Source: Mobula hypostoma (lineage: Eukaryota). From it: a stretch of DNA of 64,000 nt. The notes below the pieces were generated by a model, which saw only the letters and a list, made by a program, of their open reading frames with translations, made no database searches and was not told the DNA's origin. The position numbers and the translations under genes were made by a program. Below, piece by piece: positions 1 to 13,547 of the stretch; positions within the stretch are counted from its first letter, which is position 1; each line of letters starts with the position of its first letter. The stretch covers positions 27,964,001 to 28,028,000 of the forward strand of contig NC_086097.1 of assembly GCF_963921235.1 (NCBI RefSeq), given 5' to 3'.

Positions 1-1104
1 TTGCAACAAGTCTTTACAGTGCATTAGGTGTCCACATTGAAATTTACTGGTGCCCCAGATTTTCTGGAGATAAGGAAACTAGCCTAGAGTCAGAATACTG
101 ACAATAATGACTAATTTACCACTCTCTCAGGAAAAGAAGATAGAGGGCTTTAAGCTTCTGGCTCCTACAGAAGTTCAGACTTTGCAAACTCTCTAAACTA
201 CCAACTCCCCCCACTCACAATCTTCTAATTAAGCCTGACTGATCAAGGAAGAACTACAACATTGCCCAACCCTAACCCTCCCAACAATTGTTCTTTCTCC
301 ACAGCCCTCTCATATAAGAACTTATAGTACCCCCACTTTCTTAATGAGCATCCCCACAATCCCAATCCACTTGATCATGCTAGGTCATCCATCTCACAAA
401 GCCTGAGGCAAAGCTATAATGTATAAACAAAATTCTCAAAAGCACCAAGTGTTAAAAATAAAGAACGTTTTTATTCCCATGAGAATTTTTCTTAAGAAAT
501 TTATCCCACATTTCAGTAGTACACTATTAATCACATGCATTACATGTATAGCTTATTACAACTTTGTATGGGAGAGTATCTGTCAATCATACAAACACAT
601 TGGATTCAACACTACACAAATAAAAAGACTGCATGTACAAACTAATAATTTGACTATACTAATCCACTGAAAAGCACTTTTATTTTGAAGCAGAATATAG
701 TGATAGTTCTAAATATTAAATTACTACATTATTGTATGCCTAATTCAATATTAACTAATAGTTCTTCTAATTAAAATATAGCTTACAGTTGTATCTAAAC
801 TAGTTCATCACTCCTTGTAAAATATTAAAATGCACTTGTCGAATTTGATATTTAACAGTACAGTAACCAGATGCTCTTGTATATATACAATTTACATGTG
901 GTAACAGTATTTACATAAACATGGACTGTCACTGGAAAAATAAATCTCACACCAGTTAATTTTATTTCTTCATGCACTCATGGCATGTGGGACATTATGG
1001 CAGAGCCAGGATTTATTCTTCAGTTCCAACTACCCTGGGAGTGAGTGCCTAACTGGGCCGTATCTAAAGGTCTGGAGATGCACATAGGTCAAACTAGGTA
1101 GGAT

Positions 1105-1255
1105 GAAAACACACATGAAATACTGCAGCTCAGGTAGTATCAATGGAGAGGAGGTGCATTTTAGGCTTAGGCCCTTCATCAGGACTGAAAAAGAAGAGGG
1201 AAGAAGCCAGAATAAGTAGGTGGGGGAGAGGGGAAGGAGTTCAATCTAGGTGATA
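1105..1255 (-). mobile_element. Degraded PLE pseudo-LTR fragment
   Basis: cccttcatcaggactg and acacacatgaaatactg resemble the PLE terminal repeat seen at 19148-19552. Confidence 0.55.
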
Positions 1256-2546
1256 GGATGGAAAATTATCATTCCAAATGACAACAAAGAACAAGATGGG
1301 TTTCTCTACAACAATCCAGTCTTTAAAATGTCATCTTTGGTAACTTTTTCAGCATAAAGAACCTAACTCACCACCTGATGTGATAGAATTTTAGTGTTAC
1401 GCCTGTAGATTATTCCAGGGTTCAGGAATGCTCATTTATAACAAAGCATTACCATGTCTAACGCCATAGTCACCAAGCTGTCAGAGACTATATACAATTT
1501 CGTGGAGTTATGGAACACTGCTGCACAAACAGGCCTTTCAGACCATTTAGTACTGTTATTCTGCCTAGAGAGCATTGCCCCCTTTACCCCTGCTCTCCAT
1601 GTACTCATCCAAACTTCTCTTAAATGTTGAGATAGAACCCATATTCACTAATTATACATTCCACACCCACACCACCCTAACCTTAGCGTCTAGTTCTACC
1701 AGTCCTGCCAGACTGCAAGCACCATGCAGAATCATGAGTTCATACAACTCCTTCTCAATGTTCCTGCTGCTTGGCAGATTACTATTAGTCTTGAAACAGA
1801 AGCGATTTGAAAGAAGATTGATTCAGGTCGATTTTCTCGCTCTCCCACCACCTTGCTACCATATGCCCCAATGAAAAGCAGCGACTAATGTGGAATGGCT
1901 ATGGTCTTGACAGGACAGCCATTGCTTATGACCTCTTATCACTTAAGAGATCTTGCATCTGCAGCACCTCCAGCCAAACATATCCCTCATTTGCAGCACT
2001 CCCCTATCAGAACTTCCAAACTCCATAACTGTCTTCATGTGAACACTTCAACACACGTGTAGCCACAATTTGGGAATCACCTTCTGAAGGAACAACCTGG
2101 ATTGGGTGACAAGTGCTGGGCCTGCCGGTGACACAGAAACCCAAGGATGATTTTAAAGTAAGCTAAAGAGATGGAAAGCCTCTGTTTTTTCAAGAAGATT
2201 TGTCAATGCCAATCTGTAGTCTACTGCAAATCACTCTGCATTGTCTCTCCTTCACCTTTCCTCACTAGTGTTCCATTCTGTTTGACTTCAGAAAGTAATA
2301 TGGAGATTCTATACAAGCCATATTGCTGAAGAAATGGTTCACAGATGTAACCATTATGGGATATATAAGACATTGATCCAGTGTTTGAACTTCCAGTGCA
2401 TTATATAACATCTGGCAACATACGAATCGAGCCACAGGCTTAATGTTTAACAAATTCATTACAGTTATTGAACACAAAGTGACACCACCAATAAATATTG
2501 CCATTCCATTCTTATACTAAACATTTAAAAAATCTGTTGTGACTTA

Positions 2547-2696
<150 letters not shown>

Positions 2697-3298
2697 CTAA
2701 AAAGAAATTAAAGCCAAAGTTACAAGATATACAAACTTCATTTCACAATACCTTGAATATTTCATTGGTGGTTTTATATTTGGGATATCAAAGTCATGAA
2801 AGCCTGATATAAAATGTTTGCTTTTCTTTCTGTGGCTAAACAGTGTCATTATTTATTCATGGAATCCTAGGAATTTAATGCAGAGGAATCCCAGCTGGGT
2901 CCCTGCCAACACATTTTCACAAATAACTCCAGAAACCTTGTCAAAGGGATCAACCTTTCAGCAAGAAAAAAAATCCTTGTTTGCCTTGACAAGGGCTTCC
3001 CATAAAAATTAAAACCCACAAAACAGTCCAACTTATTTAATGAGACTTGCAGCCCAGTGATCTGGCAAAATGTAAATTGATCTAGAAAGACCACTCAATC
3101 CATAGTCAACTATGTGCATTATCCACGGGATACTTCTAAATGAAGTACACAACATGACAAAAAAGGGCCATTTTTTAAAATAACTGAACGTGTATCTTTG
3201 TGGCACTTTCTTGCACTATAACATCTGCCTTGATTCCCTCACTACCTAAAATTCTATTGATGTCTCAACCAGTTACTTCTTTAACAATCCCTTGGGGT

Positions 3299-3740
3299 TG
3301 ACAAGAATTATCCCAGGAATGAAAAGGTTAATACATGAGGAGTGTTTGATATCTCTGGGCTTGTAATCACTGGAGCTCAGAAGAATGAGGGGGAATCTCA
3401 TTGAAACCTACAAAATATTGTAAGGCCTAGACAGAGTGGATGTGGAGAGGACCAGAGGGCACAGCTTCAGAATACAAGGATGTTCCTTTGAAACAGATGA
3501 GGAGGATTCACTATCCTCTAGCTAGAGGGTGGCGACTCTATGGAATTCATTGTCACAGACTGCTGTAGAAGTCCAGCCATTGGGTATATTTAAAGCAGAT
3601 GTTGAAAGGTTCATGACTAGTAAGGCATCAAAGAATACAACGCAGGAAAATGGAGTTGAGGTGGATAATAAATCAGCTATGATCAGATCGTGGACTAGAT
3701 GGGCTGAATGGCCTAATTCTCCTCCTATGTCCTATGGGTT
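3299..3740 (+). mobile_element. CR1 LINE 3' fragment
   Basis: agaagaatgagggggaatctcattgaaac (RRMRGxLIE) and 3' end gggctgaatggcctaattctcctcctatgtcctatgg. Confidence 0.8.
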
Positions 3741-4144
3741 GAGAATGGCATTTTTAAAATCAAGTCCAGTGAGAGCAAATGTGAACCCCTTACCATCAAA
3801 GATAGAGGATTGATAAAGAGGAATATGGAAATATCAAATTAATTAAACAAATACTTTGTGTCTGTTTTCACACGAGAAGGCACAACAAACTACACAACCA
3901 AGGGCCTAGTACAAATGAGGACCTGAAGGAAACTTATCAGTACAGGGTACCTCTGGGTTATGAACCCTACATACTTTCAAGCTCCCATTATAAATTCAAA
4001 GGACTGATGTATGCATATACATTTGTTCCTATGAGCAGCAGGACCAGTTTCCTCTTTCGCTCCATTTTCCAGTGATTTCTTATCAGTCTTGTGTGCTTAT
4101 GATTCCAGAAATGAGATTTATTATGACCGACCCAAATGACATGA

Positions 4145-4865
4145 AAGCAACGCACACAAAATGCTGTAGGATCTCATCAGGCCAGGCAGCATCTATGGAA
4201 AAGAATACAGTCGATGTTTCAGGCCGAGACCCTTTACCAGGACTGGAGAATGGTGGGGGGGGGGGGGGGAGGGCCCCATTACCAGAACTTCGAGAAATCG
4301 ATAGCCACAAAAAAGTAGGATCTCCCAGTGGCCACTCATTTTAATTCCACTTCCCATTCCCATTCTGATATGTCTATCCATGGCCTCCTCCACTGTCATG
4401 ATGAGGCCACACTCAGGTTAGAGGAACAGCACCTTATATTCCATCTGGGTAGCCTCCAACCTAATGGTATGAACACTGATTTCTCGAACTTCCAGTAACA
4501 CAAACTGCCCCAACCTTCACTATTCCTTATTCCCTTTTCACTGTCACCTTACCTTCTTGCCTGCCCATTGCTTCCTCTGGTGATCCGCCCCCTTTTTCTT
4601 TCTTCCATGGCCTACTGTCCTCTCCTATCAGACTCGCCCTTCTCCAGCCCTGAATCACTTTCATTAATCAAATTCCCAGCTCTTTACTTCACCTCTCCCC
4701 TTAACTTTCAACTCTACCCCTCATCTTTTTTTCTCCAATCCCGCTGAAGGGTTTCAGCCCAAAACATTGATTGTACTCTTTTCCATAGATGCTGACTGGC
4801 CTCCCAAGTTCCTCCAGCATTTTCTGTTGCTTGGATTTCAAGCATCTGCAGATTTTCTCCTATTA
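4145..4865. mobile_element. PLE remnant: inverted pseudo-LTR (4145-4302, minus) joined to GIY-YIG C-terminus and pseudo-LTR (plus)
   Basis: ggatctcccagtggccactcattttaattcc...ttccatctgggtagcctccaacctaatggtatgaac matches the PLE endonuclease end; the two termini are inverted copies of each other. Confidence 0.8.
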
Positions 4866-6731
4866 GACGTAAAATTACTATACACTCAGTTAACCACAAG
4901 ATATAGGAGCAGAAGTAGGCCATTCAGCCCATCAAGTCTGCTCTACCATTCAATCATGGGCTGATCCAATTCTTCTAGTCAACTCCACTCCTCTGCCTTC
5001 TCCCCATACCCTTTGATGCCCTGGCTAATCAAGAACCTATCTACCTCTGCCTTAAATGCACCCAGTGACTTGGCCTCCACTGCTGCTCATGGCAACAAAT
5101 TCCACAGATTTACCACCCTGTCTGAAGTAATTTCTCTGCATCTTTGTTCTAAATGGATGTCCTTAAATCCTGAAATTGTGCCCTCTTGTCCTGGACTCCC
5201 TGACCATGGGAAATAACTTTGCCATATCTAATCTGTTCAAGCCTTTTAACATTCAGAATGTTTCTATCAGATCCCATTCATTCTCCTGAACTCCAGGGAA
5301 TATAGCCCAAGAGCTACCAGATGTTCCTCATATGGTAACCCTTTCATTCCTGGAATCATTCTCATGAATCTTCTCTGAACCCTCTCCAATGTCAGTATAT
5401 CCTTTCTAAAATAAGGAGCCCAAAACTACACACAATACTCCAAGTGTGGTCTCATGAGTGCCTTATACAGCCTCAATGTCACATCCCTGCTCTTATATTC
5501 TGTACCTCTAGAAATGAATGCCAACACTGCATTTGCCTTCTTCACCACTGACTCAATCTGGAGGTTAACCTTTCGGGTATCCTGCACAAGGGCTCCCAAG
5601 TCCCTTTGCATCTCTGCATTTTGAATTCTCTCCCCATCTAAATAATAGTCTGCCCATTCATTTCTTCTACCAAAGTGCATGACCATACACTTTCCAACAT
5701 TGCATTTCATTTGTCACTTCTTTGCTCATTCCTCTAAACTATCCAAGTCTCTCTGCAGGCTGTCTGTTTCCTCAACACTACTCGCTTCTCCATCTATCTT
5801 TGTATTATTGGCAATTTTAGCCGCAAATCCGTTAATCCCATAGTCCAAATCATTGACATACATCATAACAAGTAGCAGTCCCAACACCAACCCCTGTAGA
5901 ACTCCACTGGTAACTGACTGGGAGCCAGCCAGAATAGCATCCCTTTATTCCCACTCTCTGTTTTCTTCGATCAGCCAATGCTCCACCATGCTAGTAACTT
6001 CCCTGTAATTCCATGGGACCTTATCTTGCTAAGCAGCCTCATGTGCAGCACCTTGTCAAAGGCCTTCTGAAAATCCAAGTGCACCACATCCACTGCATCC
6101 CCTTTGTCGAGCCAGTTTGTAATTTCCTCAAAAAATTGCAGTTAATTAGTCAGGCAGGATTTTCCTTTCAGGAAACCATGCTGGCTTTGGCATACCTTGT
6201 CATGTGCCTCCAGGCACTCCACAATCTCATCCCTAACAATCTATTCCAACAACTTCCCAACCACTGATGTCAGGCTAACAGATCTATAGTTTCCTTTCTG
6301 CTGCCTCCCACCCTTCCTAAATGGCAGAGTAACATTTGTAATTTTCCAGTCATCCGGTACAATGCCAGAATCTGTCAATTCTGGAAAGATCATTGTTAAT
6401 CCCTCCGCAAACTCTCCATCTGCTTCCTTCAGAACCCAAGGGTGCATTCCATCAGGTCCAGGAGATTTATCCACCCCAAGACCATTAAGCTACCTGAGCA
6501 ACTGCACATACTTCACTCTTGAATGCCCAGTATACTGCAGATGTCTTCCATTGTGAAGACTGATGCAAAATACGCATTCAGTTCTTCTGCCATCTCTGCG
6601 TCTCTCATTACAACATCTCCAACTTCATTTTCTATTGTCCCATATCTACCCTCAGCTCTCTTTTATCCTTTATATACTTGAAAAAGCTTTAAGTATCTTC
6701 TTTGATATTAGTCACCAGCTTCATTTCATAA

Positions 6732-7847
6732 CACTGGACAACAAAGATTTTGCTTCCTGAATACTTTTAGGTGTATCTTATGTATTTTGGGCTACTGATC
6801 ATGAAAATCAACATGAAATTTCCCTATCATGCACCATTTTTTGAAATCACTACCACTGCTGTAACTTGCCTCATATGCGGTTCCCCTCTACGTCAGAGAG
6901 GCGTGCAGGGAAATCATCCGCTAACCGGAGAAACTTCGGATGCGACGTACCTTTCCTTTCCTATCTTTATTATTTCAATTCATAATTCAAGTCAATTAAA
7001 ATGTTGCCTACACTGTAAGCTGGAAAGTCTCTTGTCTTGTCCAGGCATGCTTGGGCATGCTTAGGCAGCGTGGATGCTGCATGACAGGACAGATTTTAGT
7101 AATAATTATTGCGCTCAGGACTGAGAGGATGAAATTTGCTATCACCAGGTACAAAAATTTCTATGAAGGATTTTGATATTTGAGACAGATGCTTCCCAGA
7201 ATAACTGATGCCAAGATTAAGGAAAGCATTTTTGTTGGTCCACAAATCAAACAGGTCATCAATGACAGGCAATTTGAAGAATTTCTAGTGGGACCGGAGA
7301 AAACCACATGGAAGGCATTCAAGGAACTTGTTGAAATTTTTCTCGGCATCTACAGAGCACCAAACTACATGCAGCTGGTTGAAAGCATGCTTCAAGCATA
7401 TAAAACCATGAAATGCAAAATGTCACTAAAGATTCATTTTCTGCATTCGCCTTTAGACTTCTTCCCTGCAAATCTTGGTTCTGTTAGTGACGAGCATGGT
7501 GAAAGGTTTCACCAGGACATTGCGGTCATGGAGAAAAGATACCAGGGCAACTGGAATCCATCAATGCTGGTGAATTATTGTTGAACACTTAAGCAAGAAG
7601 CTTCAGACACTGAGTACAAATGAAAATCATTAACAAAATATTTTTAACTTAGCTGAATTATTGCAAAGTATCAGCACCATTATGCAATTAAACACATTAT
7701 ATTCAATAAAAGTTAATTTGTTGTTTCTCCAAATTCCTACGTGATACAAGTAGTCTGAAATTATATTTGTGTTCACCTTCAAGTAGTCCATCGTAAACAA
7801 AAAAATTCTGAGGAAGCTACACTTTTGAAAAAATTTGTTGTCCAATG
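6732..7847 (+). mobile_element. Chapaev3-type (CMC superfamily) DNA transposon, internally deleted, 1116 bp
   Basis: Imperfect TIRs CACTGGACAACAAAGATTT / AAAATTTGTTGTCCAATG; 3-bp TAA duplication (6729-6731, 7848-7850); ORF 7180-7584 has the transposase C-terminal motifs MSLKIHFLHS and SDEHGERFHQDI..ME.RYQG. Confidence 0.85.
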
Positions 7848-8446
7848 TAATCGATCTTTTCCTTCCTAATGAACTTCTTAGTTTCCTTCTGCATGGTTTT
7901 AAAAGCTTCCCAATCCTCTACCTTCACACTAGCTTTGACTTCCTTGTATGCCCTCTTTTCGTTTTACTTCGGCTCTGACTTCACTTGTCAGCCACAATAG
8001 TGTCCTCCTTCCATTTGAAAATTTCTTATTTAGAATGTATCTGTCCTGCACTTCCCTCATTTTTCACCATTGCTGCTCTGCTGTCCTTTCTGCAAGTGTC
8101 TCTTTCCAGTCAACTTGGCTAGTTTCCCTCTCATGCCATTGTAAATTCCTTTATTCCACTGAAATACCAACATATTGGAATTTAGTTTTCTCCTTCTCAA
8201 ATTTCAAAGTGAACTCGATCATATTGTGATCACTGTTCCCGAAAGGTTCTTTAACCCTAGGCTCTCTTATCACCTCTGGATCATTGCACAACACCCAATC
8301 TAGCACAGCCCATCCTCTAGTAGGGTCAACAACAAGTTGTTCTAAAAAGCCATCCCTTAGACATTCTACAAATTCTCTCCTGAGGTCCAGTACTGGTTTT
8401 CCTAATCCACCTTCATGTTAAAATCCCCAACAATTATCATGACAAT

Positions 8447-8719
8447 TATCGGCCATATTCCACCAAGATACAACACTGGGCGTCATGGGAGGTTGTTCCT
8501 GTCTGTGGCCATCAAACTTTGCAACTCCTCCCGTGGAGGGTCAGACACCCTGAGCCAATAGGCTGGCCCTGGACTTATTTCCATCTGGCATAGTTTGCAT
8601 ATTGTTGTTTGATTGTTTGTGGTTTTTGTATTGCTATATTTATGCTCTATTCTTGGTTGGTGCAGCTGTAACGAAACCCAATTTCCCTCGGGATCAATAA
8701 AGTATATCTATCTATCTAT
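8447..8719 (+). mobile_element. Rex1/Babar-like LINE 3' end nested in CR1
   Basis: Ends in ggatcaataaagtatatctatctatct; the CR1 sequence resumes on both sides. Confidence 0.6.
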
Positions 8720-8807
8720 TGCCCTTCTGACACACCTTTTCTATCTCCTGCTGTAATTTGTAATCCACATCCCGGCTGCTGTTTGGAGGCCTGTATACAA
8801 TATATTT

Positions 8808-9301
8808 GGTACACCTGCTTGTTAATGTAAAAATCTAATCAGTCAATTATGGCAGCAAGTCAATACATAAAAGCATGCAGGCATAGTCAAGAGGTTCAGA
8901 TCAAATATCAGAATGGGGAAGAAATGTAATTGAAATGACTTTGACTGTGGAATGATTGTTAGTGCCAGACAGGGTGGTTTATCCAGAACTGTTGATCTCA
9001 TGAGACTGAAATGCACAACTGTCTATCTAGAATTGACAAAGAAAAACAAAAAAGAAAGTGAAAACAGTGAGTAGCAGTTCTGTGGGGGAAAAATGCCTTG
9101 TTAATAACAGACGTTAGCAGAGAATGACAGGCTGGTTCAAGCTGACAGGAAGGTGACTAACTCAAATAACCATGCGTTACCACAGTGTTATGCAGAACAG
9201 CATCACTGAATGCACATGTTGAACTTTGAAGCAGATGGGTTAGAGCAGAAGACCACACCAGGTTTCTTTTTCTGTACCTAATAAAATGGCCACTAAGTGT
9301 T
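8808..9301 (+). mobile_element. Tc1-like transposon remnant (decayed N-terminal HTH region and right TIR)
   Basis: atggggaagaaatgtaattgaaatgactttgactgtggaatgattgttagtgccaga (MGKK...DFD.GMIV.AR); terminus tgtacctaataaaatggccactaagtgt. Confidence 0.7.
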
Positions 9302-9578
9302 TACTACAGGAGGAAAAAAATGAGGGCAAAACAACATCATGAAATGCTTCACAATTAATGAAGTATCTTCAAAGTGTAGCCTGGGATGAAACACAAGTGC
9401 AAATGCACACAGTAAACTCCCTTAGACAATAAGAAATGATCAGACAATTTATTTCCAGTAATGAATTAAGCATTAAGGAGGTAAATAGGCCAAACACTGG
9501 CAAATGGGACTACCTTGGATAGACATGTTGATCAGCATAGACGATTTGGTTTGAAGGGTCTAACAAGTCCACAGCCTT

Positions 9579-11685
9579 GCCTTTTTGTAATTTATTTTTT
9601 ATTGAGTTTCATCATCAAACAAACACTTCCATAAGATATATTTCAGATACTGTACATATATATCATATAATCATACTTGTCACAAATCTCCACATAATAT
9701 TTATCTGAAGTACACCCTTATAGAAAGAAGAGGAAAGAAAGAACAATCGAAAGAAGAAATCTATGTACAGAGTAGGGAGCGATTTTTTTTTACAACATAT
9801 TCATTGATTGTGAGAATAAAATCAGGCCTATGAGGTATTATGTAGTTAAACCATTTTTTCCAGTATGAATAAAATTGTTCCAACTTATGATTAACAGATG
9901 TTGTTATCTTCTCCATTTTGTAAACGTCCATTGCAATTTTCATCTATACATTTAAAGATGGGCTCTCTTGAGATAACCATTTCCTAGTAAGGGTCTTTTT
10001 ACCAGCCACCAGCAGTACGTTCATTAAATATTTATATTTATCTCTTTTCAACCATTCTTGAGGTATATACCCAAAATATAAGGTCTTACTACTTATCTGT
10101 TAGTATATCATTGAAATTTGCAGAATATAACTTAATCGATCTACACCCTGAACAAATAAGAACCAAGAAAAGTGAATAATAAAAAAAAGGTGACAAAGGT
10201 GTGGTTCCAAGGCTAAGGTCTCTAGATGTCCCTGGGTTGGGCTAGAAGAAAAGTCTAGCCGTGGAGGATAGCCCTTCCTACCCGTGGATTGAAGGCCCCT
10301 GCTGCAATACCTATAAAAGTAAAAAAAAGCTATGTCCATTACACAGAAATGATTTCCCTGTGTATTCCTCCCATGTATATATTCTCATTTAGGTGAGGAA
10401 AAAGGAATGAATAAATGAATTTTTTAAAAAATTGAGTAATATAAAATCCACATTATAACACGTATTTCTCGAGATAGGTATATCACCCTCTATTCTTGCT
10501 TCCGTTTAGCTTATCAGCACTTCTAAAGTTAGCCAAACCTTATGGCTCCTCTGGAGGAGGCGAGGGCTGCCCTCGGAGAACTGACAGTCTCCTTCTAATA
10601 TCCTTCTCTCGTCCTGGTCCCGTCCCCTGCTTTCTAGGTTCTCTTACTATTTCCCAAGCAGCTCAGGACAACAGCTCAGCCAGACTTTCCCTTGGTTTGA
10701 CCACGTTAACGGACAGTCCTCAGTTGTTCATGCCTGTAGTCGCCTCCTCCACTGTCTGGTACAGTCACATCCATTCTTGGTAAAATATCCTCAGTTTAGC
10801 AGGGTACAGGGTTTGGAATTTAATCTTTTCTTGCTTTAATATTCGTTTCACTTCAGAATATTCCTTCCCGTTCTGTAGAACTGTCGGGGGGTAATCATGA
10901 TCGAAGTATATTAATTTCCCATTCCAAAACACCCTCTTCTTACCCCAGGCCCTTCACAGAATCTCCGCCTTACTCTTGAATCGAAGGAATCTAAGTACAA
11001 TGGAGCACGGTTTACCTTCTCTGTCTCCAGGAGACCGCTGGACAAGCGAACGGTGTGCCCTTTCAATTTCAATCTCCGTAGTCTGAGGAATCTCCAGCAC
11101 TTCCCGCAGCAGCTTGCCTACAAGTCCATCGTCGACAATCCCTCCGCTCCTTCCGAAACATTATAAATCCTGATATTTTTCCGTCACGATCCTCCCTCCT
11201 GGTCAAGCAATTTACTTTCCTGTTGATTTAATATTTTTTATCGTCTTACTTAGTATCTGTTCCACATTTTGCATGCGATCTTCCATCTTCTCAATTCGAG
11301 TCTCTGCCACCGCTATTTTCTGATTGACGTTGGCGAGCTCTGACTTTATATCATTGAGTTGCTGCTTTATATCTTTTTGGACTTCCCTTATCTCTTCCAA
11401 AATCGTTATCATATTTGCCGCTTCGCCTGCACGAGGCCCCGCGTCAGCCTCGCCGCCACGCGCACGTGTAAGAGAGCCGAGCGCTGTACCTCTCTCTTCC
11501 ATAGGCTCTGCAGTGATGCTTTTTTTTAAAAATCTCCATTCTTTCTCCCCATTCGTGCCCCGCTTACCAATTCAGATATTTTCGAAAGATCTTATATTTG
11601 ATGGATTAACAGGGTAAAATATGCGTTTTTCCAGAGGAGCTGTTGATTTAAGCTGCCATTCTGAACGATGACGTCACCGGAACCC
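9579..11685 (-). mobile_element. L1-clade LINE with both ends, degraded ORF1 and almost all of ORF2 deleted
   Basis: TSD caagtccacagcctt at 9564-9578 and 11686-11700. 5' end GGGTTCCGGTGACGTCATCG. ORF1 (about 10540-11552) has a coiled coil (11212-11502), NIRIYNV, IERAHRSL and IYFDHDY motifs. ORF2 C-terminus at 9761-10090 (MEKIT...WKKW). AATAAA plus an A-rich tail. Confidence 0.88.
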
Positions 11686-11700
11686 CAAGTCCACAGCCTT

Positions 11701-12165
11701 TCCTAAGGGAGAAGGAGAGCAGCCAGACAGGACCCCAAGGATAGCAATCTCAGGATTACAGTCTGTGCCATGAGTCAGTAAGGGCAAGAATAGAATAAAA
11801 TGACAGATGAATGTGAACTGATGCAGGGGGCAGGGTTCTAATTTGTGGATCATTCGGATCTCTTCTGAGGAAGGTATGTATGACTTGTACAAAAAGGACA
11901 GGTTGCACTTGAACATTTGAACTCAAGGAGGAACAATGTCCTTGCAGGCAGGTTTGCTAGAGCTGTTGGGGAAGGTTTAACTAATTTGGCAGGCAATGGC
12001 AACCAGTGTGATAGTCAGAGGATAAGGTAGTTGTTGTAAAGGTAGATGCAATGTGTAGAGACATTGAGGATGGGATAGGCAGTGGATAGGGTATAAATGT
12101 GGTCAATTGCATGGGCTGAAATGTGTTTAATGCGAGAAATATCAAGAACAAAGGTGATGGACTTA
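11701..12165 (+). mobile_element. CR1 ORF1 (SGNH esterase) and ORF2-start remnant
   Basis: gatagcaatctcaggattac...tgcagggggcagggttc...ggatcattcggatctcttctg is homologous to ORF1 at 61346-61939 and 62801-63148. Confidence 0.7.
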
Positions 12166-12174
12166 AAATCCTAA

Positions 12175-12375
12175 GACATAGGAATACAATTAGGCCATTT
12201 AGTCCATCAAGTCTGCTCCACCATTATTTTTCTTCTCAACCTCATTCTTCTGCCTTCTCGCTGCAACCTTTGATATCCTAATAAATCAAGAACCCATCAG
12301 CCTCCATTTTAAATATACCCAATGATTTGGCCTTAGCAATGAATTTCACAGATTCATCACCCTCTTACTAAACAG
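12175..12375 (-). mobile_element. CR1 3' end fragment
   Basis: taagacataggaatacaattaggccatttagtccatc, same terminus as 4890 and 49230. Confidence 0.7.
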
Positions 12376-12379
12376 ATTC

Positions 12380-13525
12380 AGCAAGGCATTTGATAAGGCA
12401 AGGCTGATTAAGAAAGTAAGGAGGCATGAGATCCAAGAGGACCTCACTTTGTAGATCCAGAATTGGCTTGCCCACAGAAGGCAAAGTGTTTGTAGATGGG
12501 TCATATTCTGCATGGAGGTTGGTGACCAGTGGTGTGCCTCAGGGATCTGTTCTGGGACTCCTTCTCTTCATGATTTTTATAAATGGCCTGGATGAGGAAG
12601 TGGAGAGATGGGTTAGTAAATATGCTGATGACACAAAGGTTGAGGGTGTTGTGAATAGTGTGGAGGGCTGTCAGAGGTATCATCGATAGCATGCAAAACT
12701 GGGCTGAGAAGTGGCAGATGGAGCTCAACCCAGATAAATGTGAGGTGGTTCATTTTGGTAGGTCAAATATGATGGCAGAATATAGTATAAATGGAAAGAT
12801 TCCTGGCAGTGTGGAGGATAAAAGGGATCCTGGGGTCCGAGGCTATAGGATACTCAAAGCTGCTGTGCAGGTTGATTGTGTGGTTAAGGCGGCATACGGT
12901 GTATTGGCTTTCATCCATCATGGGATTGAGTTCAAGAGCCAAGAGGTAATGTTACAGCTATATGGGACTCTGGTCAGACCCCACTTGGAGTACTGTGCTC
13001 AGTTCTGGTCACCTCATTACAGGAAGGATGTGGAAAACTACAGAAAGGGTGCAGAGGAGATTTACAGGGATGTTGCCTGGATTGGGGATTATGCCTTCTG
13101 AGAATAGATTGAGTGAACTTGGCCTTTTTATCCTTTGAGCAATGGAGGATGAGAGGTGACCTGATAGAGGTGTATAAGATGATGACAGGCATTGATATTG
13201 TGGATAGTCAGAGACTTTTTCCCAGGGCTGAAATGGCCAACACAAGAAGGCACAGTTTTAAGGTGCTTGGAAGTAAGTACAGAGGAGATGTCAGGGGCAA
13301 GTTTTTTTATTCAGAGAGTGGTGAGTACGTGGAATGAGCTGCTGGCGACAGTGGTGGAGGCAAATCCAATAGGGTTTTTTTTAAAAGAGACTCTTGGATA
13401 GGTACATGGAGCTTAGAAAAATAGAAGGCTATGGGTAACCCTAGGTAATTTCTAAACTATATACATGTCCGGCACAGTATTGTGGGCCAAAGGGCCTGTA
13501 TTGTGCTGTAGATTTTCTATGTTCT
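12380..13525 (+). mobile_element. CR1 LINE, RT to 3' end
   Basis: SGVPQGSVLG, KYADDTK, RPHLEYCAQFWSP and MRGDLIEVYK motifs; tail ttctatgttcta. Confidence 0.9.
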
Positions 13526-13547
13526 AAATTTTTCCTCAGCATACACA

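Larger units (their letters stand above)
4890..8800 (-). mobile_element. CR1 LINE (degenerate ORF2), interrupted by a Chapaev3 element and a Rex1 3' end
   Basis: ORFs 5426-5710 (KCNVGKCMVMHFG...RPHLEYCV) and 6241-6474 (KSPGPDGMHP...NYRSVSLTSVVGKLLE); collinear with the CR1 copy at 54370-56765. Confidence 0.88.
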
